Source: an uncultured Actinomycetes bacterium
GTDB taxonomy: Bacteria; Actinomycetota; UBA4738; HRBIN12
Assembly: GCA_963706005.1 (NCBI GenBank)
Contig: CAVPLL010000010.1
Coordinates: 162,459 to 226,458 of the forward strand
Direction of reading: 5' to 3'
DNA: 64,000 bases
The notes beneath the pieces were generated by a model, which worked only from the letters and a program-made list of their open reading frames with translations, had not been told where the DNA came from and ran no database searches. Positions 30,420-40,298 of this stretch are shown piece after piece (positions within the stretch are counted from its first letter, which is position 1; the number at the start of each line of letters is the position of its first letter). Made by a program: the position numbers and the translations under genes.

Positions 30420-30502
30420 GTTCGGCCTCCCGGTCCGGTCGCGGTCCGGAGTCTACGGGGCGCGACCGGACCGGGCGCTAGGATGGCCGGCCGGGAGGGC
30501 GG

Positions 30503-31192
30503 ATGGCGACGTTCGGGCTGGTGCACGGCGCCTGTCACGGGGCGTGGTGCTGGGACCTGCTGGTTCCGGAGCTCGCGGCGCGCAGCCACGGATCGATCGC
30601 GGTCGACCTCCCCTGCGACGATCCCTCCGCGGACTTCGACCACTACGCGGCGGTCGCGAGCGCGGCGTTCGAGAGGGCCCGGGACGACCTCGTCCTCGTC
30701 GGTCACTCGCTGGGCGCGCACACCGTCGCTCGCGTCGCCCAGCGTCGGCCGGTGCGGATGCTCGTCTTCCTGTGCGGCATCATCCCGGTGCGCGACGGGG
30801 AGCGCAACGATGACGAGCCGCCGCTCGAGGTGCCGGGCACGTTCGACGGCCTGCGCGAGGACGCGCTCGGCAGGTTCTCGTTCGCCGACCCCGAGGATGC
30901 GATCGCGGCGTTCTTCCAGGACTGCGACCCGGAGCTCGCCGCGTGGGCCGTGTCGAGGCTGCGGCCCCAATCCACCACCCCCCACCGGACCCTGGGGGAG
31001 CCGGTGGCGCTCCCCGACGTGCCGATCGTCTCCATCGTCTGCTCCGAGGATCGAACGGCGACGGCGGCGTGGGGGCGGTGGGCCGCCCGGGAGCGCCTGC
31101 TCGGAGCGCCGGTCCACGAGCTCCCGGGGAGCCACTCGCCGTTCCTGTCGCGGCCGGCGGCGCTCGCCGATCTCCTGTCGTCGCTCCTCTGA
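30503..31192 (+). CDS. alpha/beta hydrolase (esterase)
   Basis: GHSLG nucleophile elbow. 229 aa. Confidence 0.7.
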   Translation: MATFGLVHGACHGAWCWDLLVPELAARSHGSIAVDLPCDDPSADFDHYAAVASAAFERARDDLVLVGHSLGAHTVARVAQRRPVRMLVFLCGIIPVRDGERNDDEPPLEVPGTFDGLREDALGRFSFADPEDAIAAFFQDCDPELAAWAVSRLRPQSTTPHRTLGEPVALPDVPIVSIVCSEDRTATAAWGRWAARERLLGAPVHELPGSHSPFLSRPAALADLLSSLL

Positions 31193-31213
31193 TCGACGCC
31201 GGACCCTGGAACG

Positions 31214-32392
31214 TCAGCCGGCGGGCGGGCAGGTCGTTCCGCGGATCGCGAGCGTCTCGCGCCCGAGGTCGACGTCCTTGTACCCGACCGCGAGCAGGGT
31301 GCCGTCGGGGAGGGCGTCCACCCCGGTGAGGGCGTCCGACCCGGCGACCGACGGCCCGTCGACCGGGACCCATCGTCGGCCGCTGTACCGGTAGACGGCC
31401 GCCCGCGTGGTGTCCTGCTCCTTCGCCGGTAGCGAGCCGACCGCCCAGATGTCGAGCCCGCCGATGGCCGCGACGTCGACGAGCTCGGCACCTTCCCGGG
31501 TGACGGGGGCCTCGCTCCACGTCGACCCGTCGAACCGCTGGATCGACGATCCCACCGCCCACACCTCGCTGGTCGCGAACGCCTCCACGGCGTTCAGTGT
31601 CCCCCCGACGTCGGTCGGGCTCCGGCTCCACGCCTGACCGTCGAACCGAAGGACAAGCGGCTGGAAGTGGTGGTAGCCCACGGCCCACAGGTCGGTGGGG
31701 GAGACGCCCTCGATGTCGACGAGCGCGGACTTGCCGCCGCCGATCGTGTGCCCGACCTCGACGTCCGCCCACGCCGTGCCGTCCCAGTGCAGCACGAGCG
31801 CGCGTTCGAGCGAGACCGCCGGATCGCCGACGGACCCGACCGCCCACACGTCCGTGGGCGAGACGGCCACGACGCCGTTCAGGACCCCGTCGATCTCGTC
31901 GGGGAGCTCCACCGGGGACCAGTCGGTCCCGTCGTAGTGCAGGATCAGCGGGTCGTCGCCGAAGCCGCTCGAGGTCCTGCCCACCGCCCAGACGTCGTTC
32001 GGCTCGGCGGCGTCGACCGCGCGGAGCTCATTCAGGAAGGTGCCGGGGCTCGGCGCCTCGATCGCCGACCATCTCGTCCCGTCCCAGCGCTGGATCGCCA
32101 CAGCGGTCGGGGCATCCCGCTCGCCGGTGCCGCCGATGGCCCAGGCCTCCGACGAGGTGACCGCGGTGACGCCGAGGAGCGTCGTCGGCGCGTCGCCCGG
32201 GTTCGCACTGCGGAGGACGTCCCAGGTCGGTGCGCACGCGGGGGTGGGTGAGGCCGTCGGGCTCGGTGACGGCGACGGGGTCGCGACGTCCTCGGAGCCG
32301 CCGGCGGCGAAGACGATCGCGGAGCCGATCGCGAAGGTGGCCACGGCGGCGACCGAGGCGTTCACCAGGCCCCGTCGCTGGACGCTGTTCAC
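31214..32392 (-). CDS. secreted or membrane-anchored repeat protein with approximately 50-aa (D/E)VWAVG propeller-like repeats
   Basis: Probable GTG start at 32392. N-terminal hydrophobic segment then Ser/Pro linker. Six or more repeats ending in VWAVG or IWAVG. The upstream track extension is Arg-rich artefact. Confidence 0.5.
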   Translation of the reverse strand: MNSVQRRGLVNASVAAVATFAIGSAIVFAAGGSEDVATPSPSPSPTASPTPACAPTWDVLRSANPGDAPTTLLGVTAVTSSEAWAIGGTGERDAPTAVAIQRWDGTRWSAIEAPSPGTFLNELRAVDAAEPNDVWAVGRTSSGFGDDPLILHYDGTDWSPVELPDEIDGVLNGVVAVSPTDVWAVGSVGDPAVSLERALVLHWDGTAWADVEVGHTIGGGKSALVDIEGVSPTDLWAVGYHHFQPLVLRFDGQAWSRSPTDVGGTLNAVEAFATSEVWAVGSSIQRFDGSTWSEAPVTREGAELVDVAAIGGLDIWAVGSLPAKEQDTTRAAVYRYSGRRWVPVDGPSVAGSDALTGVDALPDGTLLAVGYKDVDLGRETLAIRGTTCPPAG

Positions 32393-32533
32393 GCCGCGGG
32401 GGCGCCCGCCGACCGCGGCCCGGTTCCCGACCGCGTGTCGCAAGTCCGGCCGCCGCGCGGCACGGTTCCGGAGAGCGGCTCGCGAGGCCCGCCGTTGCGG
32501 AGCACATCGCGCGCCCGGTACCCTCGCGCTTCC

Positions 32534-34159
32534 GTGGGCGTGTTCGAACGAGACGTCGTCATCATCGGGGGAGGCCACAACGGCCTCGCGTGCGCAGCGT
32601 ACCTTGCGAAGGCCGGCTTGGATGTGCTCGTCCTCGAGAAACGCGACCTGGTCGGCGGCGCCGCGGCCACCGAGGAGCCCTGGCCCGGCTACCGGGTCTC
32701 GAGCGCCTCCTACGTGGTGTCCCTCATGCCGCCGCAGGTGGTCCGCGAGCTCGACCTGAAGCGGTTCGGCTACGAGGTGTCGATCGTGACGCCCGATTAC
32801 TTCGTGCCGTTCCCCGACGGGACGTCGCTCACGTTGTGGGGTGACGTCGACCGCGATGCGGCGGCCATCGCGCGGTTCAGCGAGCGCGACGCGGCCGCCT
32901 ACGTCGAGTTCGATCGCTACTTCGATCGCGTCGCCCGACTGTTGAAGGACCTGCTGTTCGTCGTGCCGCCGAACATGAACCTGCGGGACCTCCCCAAGTG
33001 GGCTGCCACCGCGGGGCGCTTCCGCAAGTGGAGCGGTCGCGACCTCCACGAGGCCGTTCGTCTGTTCACGATGAGCGCGGCCGACTTCCTGGACGAGTGG
33101 TTCGAGGACGAGCGCGTCAAGGGAGCGCTCGCGACACAGGCGATCATCGGCGCGTGGTGCGGGCCGATGACGCCGGGTTCGGCGTACGTCCTGATGCACC
33201 ACTGGATCGGCGAGGTGGACGGCCACCCGGGCGCCTGGGGATGGGCGAAGGGCGGCATGGGCGGCATCTCCCAGGCGATGGCTCGAGCCGCCGAGGCGGC
33301 CGGCGCCGAGATCCGCACGGACGCCGAGGTCGACCGCGTCGCGATCAACGCGAGCGGCCGGGCCGTGGGCGTCGCGCTCGTCGACGGTTCCCTCGTCCGG
33401 GCGCAGCGGATCGTCTCGTGCGCGCACCCGGTCACGACGTACCTCTCGCTCGTGGGCGAGGAGCGGCTGCCGGGCGACGTGGTTCGGGACGTGAGGCGGT
33501 ACCGGTCGCGTTCGGGGTCGGTGAAGCTGAACGTCGCCCTATCCGAGCTGCCGGCCTTCCCGTCGTGGGATCAAGAGGCACCGTTGCACACGGGGCTGGT
33601 CGCGGTCTCGCCCTCGGTCGAGTACCTCGAACGCGCGTGGGACGACGCCAAGTACGGGCGGATGAGCGAGCACCCATACGTCGAGGTGGTGTTCCCGACG
33701 GCGCACGAGCCGCAGGGGCTCGCGCCGACGGGCAAGCACCTGATGCTCGCGTTCAGCCAGTACGGCCCGTACGAGCTCGCGGAGGGGTCGTGGGACGACG
33801 GCGGCCGCGACGAGTACGCGGCGCGCGTGCTGAAGGCGCTCGGGGAGTTCGCGCCCTCGCTCGAGTCGTCGATCGAGCACCTCGAGGTGCTGACGCCGAG
33901 GGACATCGAGGAGCGGTACGGTCTGATCGGCGGGAACATCATGCAGGGTGAGCTCACGCCCGATCAGCTCTTCAGCTTCCGCCCGATCCCGGGCCACGGG
34001 GATCACCGGACGCCGGTCGCCGGCATGTACCTGTGCGGTTCCGGCACGCATCCCGGCGGTGGGGTCATGGGCGTCCCCGGCCGCAACGCCGCGTCGGTGA
34101 TCGTGCGCGACCACAAGCGCGGCGAGTTCGTCGGGCGGATCAAGAACCTCGGCCGGTAG
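32534..34159 (+). CDS. phytoene-desaturase-family (CrtI-like) FAD-dependent oxidoreductase, paralog 2
   Basis: GTG start giving VGVFERDVVIIGGGHNGLACAAYLAKAG. Collinear with 10857..12476 along its full length. Confidence 0.8.
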   Translation: MGVFERDVVIIGGGHNGLACAAYLAKAGLDVLVLEKRDLVGGAAATEEPWPGYRVSSASYVVSLMPPQVVRELDLKRFGYEVSIVTPDYFVPFPDGTSLTLWGDVDRDAAAIARFSERDAAAYVEFDRYFDRVARLLKDLLFVVPPNMNLRDLPKWAATAGRFRKWSGRDLHEAVRLFTMSAADFLDEWFEDERVKGALATQAIIGAWCGPMTPGSAYVLMHHWIGEVDGHPGAWGWAKGGMGGISQAMARAAEAAGAEIRTDAEVDRVAINASGRAVGVALVDGSLVRAQRIVSCAHPVTTYLSLVGEERLPGDVVRDVRRYRSRSGSVKLNVALSELPAFPSWDQEAPLHTGLVAVSPSVEYLERAWDDAKYGRMSEHPYVEVVFPTAHEPQGLAPTGKHLMLAFSQYGPYELAEGSWDDGGRDEYAARVLKALGEFAPSLESSIEHLEVLTPRDIEERYGLIGGNIMQGELTPDQLFSFRPIPGHGDHRTPVAGMYLCGSGTHPGGGVMGVPGRNAASVIVRDHKRGEFVGRIKNLGR

Positions 34160-35551
34160 ATGCTCGCGCAGCTCGCCCAGGCCGTCCGCGAACGCCGCCT
34201 GTCCGCGGTCGAGCTCGTCACGGAGTCGGTCGCCCGGATCGAGCGGCTCAACCCGGTGCTCGGAGCCGTCACCGCCCTGTGGCCGGAGGAGGCGTTGGCG
34301 CAGGCGCGCGCCCTCGACGAGCGCGGCGCCGAGGGCCCCCTCGCCGGTCTCCCCCTGCTGGTGAAGGACAACACCGACCTGGCCGGCACGGTCACGAACT
34401 TCGGGTCGCGGACCATGCTCGACCGCCCGCCGGCCGACCGGAGCGAGATCACGGTCGAGCGCATGGTCGCGGCTGGCGCGATCGTGCTCGGCCGGACGAA
34501 CATCCCCGAGTTCGCGTTCCAGGGGTGGACGGACAACGACGTCTTCGGTCCGACGCGCAACCCGTGGGGCCTCGAGTGGTCGGCCGGAGGGTCGTCCGGC
34601 GGATCTGGCGCCGCGCTCGCCGGCGGCCTCGTGCCGCTCGCGACGGGGACCGACGGCGGCGGTTCGATCCGCACGCCGGCCGCGTTCTGCGGGTTGGCGG
34701 GCCTCAAACCGACCGCCGGCCTGATCGGGCGACGGCCGATCCCCTCGTGGCTCGAGGTCTCGACCCAGGGACCGCTCGCGCCGGGCGTGGAGGACGCGAA
34801 GCTGCTGCTGCACGTGATGCGGGGACCCGCCCAGGGCGACCCGTCGGCCGCTCCGTCCTGGCAGTACGGCGGAGGGATGCCGAGGCGAGTCCTCGCGGTT
34901 CCGCGCTCGCGCGACTTCGGCCCGCTGCCGTCCGAGGTGGACGAACCCTTCCGGGCGGCCCTCGCGGCGATCGAGCACGATCTCGGCCTGCCCGTCGAGC
35001 AGATCGCGACGTCGGCGCTGTTCCCGACGGCGGGGGTGACCGGGAGTGGGTCCCGCGACGACTGGTACGTCACCGTGACGGTCGAGGAGCTGCACTCCCT
35101 CGGCCGCGGGTGGGTGGAGGCGCACCTCGAGGAGTTCACCCCGATCTTCCGCTCGGAGATGGAGAACGCGCTCGGCTTCACGCTCGCCGACTACCTGGCG
35201 GCACGGCGCCGGCGGTTCGTCTACACGGCCGACCTCGACCGGCTGCTCGACGACGACACGGTGCTCGTCTGTCCCACCCACGGGTACGAGGGGTGGCTCG
35301 CGGACGGGACGCTGCCGGGCACGGACCGACCCGCCGGCCCGGAGGGCTACAACGCGGGGGAGTTCAACCTGAGCGGTCATCCCGCCCTCAGCGTCCCGGC
35401 CGGGATGTGCTCGAACGGCCTCCCGTTCGGCCTCGAGATCGTGGGGCCGCGCTACCGCGACGACCTGGTGCTGGAGTTCGGCGCCGCCTGGGAGGCAGCG
35501 CGGCCGTGGCCGGTCACGGCCCCGGGGTACGAGCCCTTCCCGCTCCCGTAG
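34160..35551 (+). CDS. amidase (amidase-signature family)
   Basis: GGSSGGSGAALAGG plus TDGGGSIRTPAAFCG signature. TAGATG junction with the upstream gene. Confidence 0.85.
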   Translation: MLAQLAQAVRERRLSAVELVTESVARIERLNPVLGAVTALWPEEALAQARALDERGAEGPLAGLPLLVKDNTDLAGTVTNFGSRTMLDRPPADRSEITVERMVAAGAIVLGRTNIPEFAFQGWTDNDVFGPTRNPWGLEWSAGGSSGGSGAALAGGLVPLATGTDGGGSIRTPAAFCGLAGLKPTAGLIGRRPIPSWLEVSTQGPLAPGVEDAKLLLHVMRGPAQGDPSAAPSWQYGGGMPRRVLAVPRSRDFGPLPSEVDEPFRAALAAIEHDLGLPVEQIATSALFPTAGVTGSGSRDDWYVTVTVEELHSLGRGWVEAHLEEFTPIFRSEMENALGFTLADYLAARRRRFVYTADLDRLLDDDTVLVCPTHGYEGWLADGTLPGTDRPAGPEGYNAGEFNLSGHPALSVPAGMCSNGLPFGLEIVGPRYRDDLVLEFGAAWEAARPWPVTAPGYEPFPLP

Positions 35552-35561
35552 CGAGACGCGC

Positions 35562-36398
35562 TCAGGTGGCGAGGTCGCGTCGCTCGAACGCCCACACGGT
35601 GTACGCGAGCGCGACGGCCGAGGCGCCCGCGAGCACGAGCGCGTTGACGGGATCCAGCCCGTTCAGGATCGGCGCCCCACTCGAGTAGTAGTAGAAGGGC
35701 GAAACGGGGCGGAACGGATCGAGCCAGTCGACCGAGGGCCCGAGCGCGTTCACGATGAACGTGGCGACCGCGAAGCCGCTCGGAACGCCGATCGCGAGCG
35801 CCTTCCTCCCGGTCGCCGAGCCGATCGCGAGCGCGAGGCTCCCGAAGACGAGCCCCAACAGGAACGTGTTGAGCGTCATCGCGGTGAATCCGCCGATGTC
35901 CGGCCGAAGGTCGAAGGCCGGTCCGAACACCAACACGGCCACCCACATCGAGACCGTGAGCACGAACGTCGCGAGCAGCATGGCGGCGAACTTGTCCGCC
36001 ACGACGCGGCGTCGGCGCACCGGCGCGGACAGGAGCAGGTCCAACGAGTTCGCCTCTTCTTCGCCGGCCACCGCGCGAGACCCGGCACCGATCGCGTACA
36101 CGAGCACCAGGATGGGAGCGAGGAAGCTGAAGAGCTCCGACTGGAGGTAGCCCTCGGGGGTGGTGTAGTCGACTCCTCCGAGGAGGTTGCGGACGACCTC
36201 GGGCAGGTCCTTCAGGTATCGGTTGAACTGCTCGGCGTTGTCTCGGACGCTCGGGTAGAACGATGCGTACAGGAGGACGGTCGCGACGAACCCGCCGATC
36301 CACCAGAGGAGCGCCCTGCGCTGATCTCGGATCGTCTTGGAGAAGACCGAGCCGAGCATCCGTCCGCGGGTGAGCGATGTTTCACTCGCCACGGTCAT
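35562..36398 (-). CDS. ABC-2 type transporter permease
   Basis: Six predicted TM segments. Overlaps the ATPase gene by 17 nt. Confidence 0.7.
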   Translation of the reverse strand: MTVASETSLTRGRMLGSVFSKTIRDQRRALLWWIGGFVATVLLYASFYPSVRDNAEQFNRYLKDLPEVVRNLLGGVDYTTPEGYLQSELFSFLAPILVLVYAIGAGSRAVAGEEEANSLDLLLSAPVRRRRVVADKFAAMLLATFVLTVSMWVAVLVFGPAFDLRPDIGGFTAMTLNTFLLGLVFGSLALAIGSATGRKALAIGVPSGFAVATFIVNALGPSVDWLDPFRPVSPFYYYSSGAPILNGLDPVNALVLAGASAVALAYTVWAFERRDLAT

Positions 36399-37284
36399 CC
36401 CCCCTGCCGTAGTACGCGAGGAAGACGTCCTCCAACGAGGGTTCGTGACTCACGAGATCGACCACCTCGAACCGAGCGGCGGCCTTGATCACGGGGTCGA
36501 TCGGACCCGCGACGGTGATCCGTGCCACGTCGCCGACCACCGACACATCCTGCACGCCGGGGAGGTCGCCGAACGGTTGGGCGCTCGGCGGCACGGCGAA
36601 ATGGATGTCGACCGTCCGAACCTGGCGGGCCTTCAGGTCGCCGACGTCCTCGACGGCGACCAGGCGCCCCTCGCGGATGATCGCCACCCGATCGCACAAC
36701 CGTTCCACCTCGGGCATCACGTGGGAGGAGAGGAAGACCGTGCGTCCCTCGCGGCGCACCTCCTCGACCATCGCGTTGAACTGCTGTTGGACGATCGGGT
36801 CGAGCCCCTGCGTGGGCTCGTCGAGCACCAGGAGCTCGGGTCGATGCATGAAGGCCTGGATCAGCGCCACCTTCTGCTTGTTGCCGTGCGACAGCGCCCC
36901 GATCTTGATCGAGAGGTCGCAGTCCAGGCGTTCGGCGAGGGACAGGACGAATGCCACGTCGATGCCACCCCGGAGCTCGCCGAGGTATCGGAGGTACTCG
37001 CCGCCGGTGAGCCGCTCGTACAGCGTCCCCTCGCCGGGCAGGTAACCGGTGCGCTGGTGGATCTCGATGCTGTCGCGCCGGGAGTCCAGGCCCAAGACGG
37101 TCGCGGATCCGGCGGTCGGCCGGATGAAGTCCAGGAGCGTCCGGATCGTGGTGGTCTTCCCCGCGCCGTTCGGGCCCAGGTAGCCGAACACCTCGCTCGG
37201 GGTGACGGTGAAGGTGAGTTCGACGACACCCCGCGTGCGCCCGTAGGACTTCGTCAGCCCCTCGACGGCGATCGCGTCCGACAT
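36382..37284 (-). CDS. ABC transporter ATP-binding protein
   Basis: Walker A GPNGAGKTT. Signature LSHGNKQKV. Walker B LLVLDEPT. Confidence 0.85.
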   Translation of the reverse strand: MSDAIAVEGLTKSYGRTRGVVELTFTVTPSEVFGYLGPNGAGKTTTIRTLLDFIRPTAGSATVLGLDSRRDSIEIHQRTGYLPGEGTLYERLTGGEYLRYLGELRGGIDVAFVLSLAERLDCDLSIKIGALSHGNKQKVALIQAFMHRPELLVLDEPTQGLDPIVQQQFNAMVEEVRREGRTVFLSSHVMPEVERLCDRVAIIREGRLVAVEDVGDLKARQVRTVDIHFAVPPSAQPFGDLPGVQDVSVVGDVARITVAGPIDPVIKAAARFEVVDLVSHEPSLEDVFLAYYGRGDDRGE

Positions 37285-37365
37285 GCGGGTTGCCTCCGCT
37301 TCCAGCCTGGCGCATCCGCCGGCGACGCGGCGGGTCGGTCGTCCCCGCCGCGGCGGGACCTCCGG

Positions 37366-38784
37366 CTAGGGGCCGAGGTTGTACCCCAGCCGCCTGGGGA
37401 GATGCGCGACCGTGTGGGTGAGGAGGCCGGGCCGCCGGCCCGCTTCCAGTCGATCGTCCCGCCGGATGATCGCCCGGCCGACCGCTCGCTCACCCAGGGT
37501 GAACATCGGCTCGGGCGGGAAGCGTACGCGGTCCCCGTCCGAGATCGGCAGCGTGGTCGCCTCGTCCTGCGCACCCAGCGCGAGGCCCGCGAGGATCTTG
37601 CCGCCCAGATGGCAGGGGCCGACGCCGTTGCCCGTGAAGCCGAGCCCGAAGTGTGTGACCCCGCCCGGGAGCGTGCCGAAGAACGGGACGTGCAGGCCGG
37701 AAACGTCGATCGGACCACCCCAGGCGGCCTCGAGCGGCACGCCGTCGAGCGCCGGGAACCACCGACGGAGATCGCGCGCGAGCGTCGATGCCGAGCCTTG
37801 GTCGTAGGCGTAGCGCGGCGAATCGGCCGGGTCGCCCGAGATCCGGAAGCTCGAGCCTCCGAACGCGACGCGGCCGTCTCGCGTCGGGCGGAGGTAGTGG
37901 AGCGAGGTGCGCAGGTCGTACACGCCTTCGCCACCGGTCCAGTTCATCGCCCGCAGGCGCTCCGGCGCAGGCGCCGTGATCACGATGTACGTGCCACGGA
38001 CGAACAACGCGCGCCGGAACTCGCGCAGGGGTCGGGCCCACGCGTTGACGCCGAGGATCGCGTGGCCGGCTCGCACCGTGCCGCGCGGCGTCTCGGCCTG
38101 CGGCCGCCGCGCGTTGAACCGGACGACCGGGGTCGTCTCGAAGACCCGGACGCCGCGCTCGACGAGTGCGTTGCGGAGCCCCCGCGCGAGCCGCGCGGGC
38201 TGCACGGTCGCGGCGTGCGCGACGAGGAACCCCGTTCGGACGACCGGCGAATCGAACCGCGCGCGGACGTCGTGGGGAGACAGCGGGCGGTAGACCTCGC
38301 CGAGGCCGAGGCGCTCGGCCTCGGCCACTGTCCGCACGACGGCCCGGTCGTGGGTCGGGTTGGTCGAGATCCCGAGGTCGCCGGACGGTTCGTACCAGGC
38401 GTCGACGCCGGTCTCCCGGCACCAGGCGCCGATCTCGTCGATCGAGCGAGAGGCCATCTCGACCGTCCGGCGCCCCTCGTTGCCGTGCCGCGCGATCAGG
38501 ACGTCGGCCTCGTCGTACAGCCCGTTGACGAACCCGCCGTTGCGACCGCTCGGTCCGCCACCACAGATGTCGCGCTCGAGGAGCACGATGTCGAGGTCGG
38601 GCTCACGTTCCTTGAGGAACCACGCAGTCCACATGCCCGTGTATCCGCCGCCGAGGATCACCACGTCCGCGGTCGTGTCGCGGTCCAGCTGCGGGGCCTC
38701 CGGCCCGGCGAACTCGGGGCGCGCGAGCGCCTCCTCCAGCCACCAGCTGCGACGGGCGGGTCTCGGGACCTCGAAGTCGGTCAA
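37366..38784 (-). CDS. FAD-dependent oxidoreductase (DAO family, PuuB/OrdL-like), tandem paralog 1
   Basis: DVVILGGGYTGMWTAWFL dinucleotide motif. Probable TTG start overlapping the stop of paralog 2 (TTGA). No in-frame ATG before the Rossmann fold. Confidence 0.7.
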   Translation of the reverse strand: MTDFEVPRPARRSWWLEEALARPEFAGPEAPQLDRDTTADVVILGGGYTGMWTAWFLKEREPDLDIVLLERDICGGGPSGRNGGFVNGLYDEADVLIARHGNEGRRTVEMASRSIDEIGAWCRETGVDAWYEPSGDLGISTNPTHDRAVVRTVAEAERLGLGEVYRPLSPHDVRARFDSPVVRTGFLVAHAATVQPARLARGLRNALVERGVRVFETTPVVRFNARRPQAETPRGTVRAGHAILGVNAWARPLREFRRALFVRGTYIVITAPAPERLRAMNWTGGEGVYDLRTSLHYLRPTRDGRVAFGGSSFRISGDPADSPRYAYDQGSASTLARDLRRWFPALDGVPLEAAWGGPIDVSGLHVPFFGTLPGGVTHFGLGFTGNGVGPCHLGGKILAGLALGAQDEATTLPISDGDRVRFPPEPMFTLGERAVGRAIIRRDDRLEAGRRPGLLTHTVAHLPRRLGYNLGP

Positions 38785-40229
38785 CGGGGACCCAGGCGGT
38801 AGCCCAGTCGCCGGGGGAGCCGGGCGAAGGCCCGCGTCGGCGCGCCCACGCGACGCCCCGCATCCTCGCGGTCGTCCATGCGACGGATCGCCGCGTTCAC
38901 GAGGAAGGCTCCGGGGGAGCGGAACGGCTCGGGCGGGAAGCGCTTCGGCGTGCGGGTCACGACCGCGAGGCGCGTGAACCCGTCCTCCGCATGCAGGGCG
39001 AGCGCGGCGAGGATCTTGCCCGCCAGGTGCGACGGGCCGACGCCGTTGCCGGTGAAGCCGAGGCCGTAGTGCACGTTGCCGCGCCCGATCGTCCCGAAGA
39101 ACGGCATCGTGAACCCGCTCACGTTGATCGGCCCTCCCCACGCCGCCGCGATCGGGACGGCCTCGAAGTTCGGGAACAGGCGGTACAGGTCGTTCGCGAC
39201 CCGCATCGCGTAGCGTGGCTCGTAGTCGTACCGCTGATCGATCCGGCGGGCGAGGTTCGGCTGCAGGCCTCCGAGCCCGAGCGCGATCCGCCCATCCGGC
39301 GTCGTCCGCAGGTAGTGGATCGAGGACCGGAGGTCCCGGATGGCCTCGCCCCCGGTCCAGCCGAGCTCCGCGAGCCGCTCGGGGGCCGGCTCGGTGACCA
39401 CCATGTACGAGCCGCGCAACGTGAGCCGTGGCTTGAACGCCTTCCACCACGTCGCCCAGGCGCCCAGGCCGATCACCGCGTCGCCGGCCCGCACGATGCC
39501 ACCCGGCGTCTCCGCCACCACCCGCGTGCCCATGCCGAGCCGCGTCACCGTCGTGCGCTCGAAGATCCGGACGCCGCGCTCGATCAACAGCCGCCGGAGC
39601 CCTCGCGCCAGTCTGGCCGGGTGCACCGTCGCGGCGTCCGCGATCAGCATCCCGCTGCCGAACCGCGGGGACGCGCACCGCTGTTGCACCTCGCCCGCGC
39701 TCAGCAGCTGGTACTCGTCCTCGACGCCGAGCGCGCGCGCGGCCTCGAGCGAGCCCTCCCACCCGCCTTCGTGCCGCACGTTGGTGGCGACCGCGAGGTC
39801 CCCGCCGTGGCGGAACCAGGCGTCGATGCCGTTGGCCCGGCACCAGGTGCCGATCTCGGTCGGCGCGCGCCCACACGTCATGAGCAGCTCCATCGCGTCG
39901 GCGTCGCCGTAGGTCTCGCGGACGTCGCGGATCTTCTCCCACCATCCATCGCAGAACCCGCCGTTGCGACCGCTCGGGCCGCCGCCGCAGATGTCGGATT
40001 CGAGCAGGACGACGTCCAGCTCGGGCCGGCGCTCCTTCAAGAACCACGCCGTCCACATCCCCGTGTACCCGCCGCCGAGGATCACGACGTCCGCGGTCGT
40101 GTCCCGGTCGAGCGGCGGCGTCGGCGGACCGGCGAACTCCGGCAGGGCGAGCGCCTCCTCGAGCCACCACGAGCGATCGGCGGGCCGGGGCGCGTCGGTG
40201 CGGGACACTGCCTTCCTTCCTAGGCGCAT
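38781..40229 (-). CDS. FAD-dependent oxidoreductase (DAO family, PuuB/OrdL-like), tandem paralog 2
   Basis: Start MRLGRKAVSRTDAPRPADRSWWLEE. Collinear with paralog 1. The upstream track extension is artefact. Confidence 0.7.
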   Translation of the reverse strand: MRLGRKAVSRTDAPRPADRSWWLEEALALPEFAGPPTPPLDRDTTADVVILGGGYTGMWTAWFLKERRPELDVVLLESDICGGGPSGRNGGFCDGWWEKIRDVRETYGDADAMELLMTCGRAPTEIGTWCRANGIDAWFRHGGDLAVATNVRHEGGWEGSLEAARALGVEDEYQLLSAGEVQQRCASPRFGSGMLIADAATVHPARLARGLRRLLIERGVRIFERTTVTRLGMGTRVVAETPGGIVRAGDAVIGLGAWATWWKAFKPRLTLRGSYMVVTEPAPERLAELGWTGGEAIRDLRSSIHYLRTTPDGRIALGLGGLQPNLARRIDQRYDYEPRYAMRVANDLYRLFPNFEAVPIAAAWGGPINVSGFTMPFFGTIGRGNVHYGLGFTGNGVGPSHLAGKILAALALHAEDGFTRLAVVTRTPKRFPPEPFRSPGAFLVNAAIRRMDDREDAGRRVGAPTRAFARLPRRLGYRLGPR

Positions 40230-40298
40230 CGGGGCTGCGGTATCGTGCGACCCTAATCCTTCCACGTCTGTAGGCCGGTCCCTCAGGAGGTCATCGCC

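Noticed and set aside
36337-38802. 821-aa plus-strand ORF
   Set aside because: Antisense to ABC ATPase and FAD oxidoreductase genes. Asp/Arg-rich with no domains.
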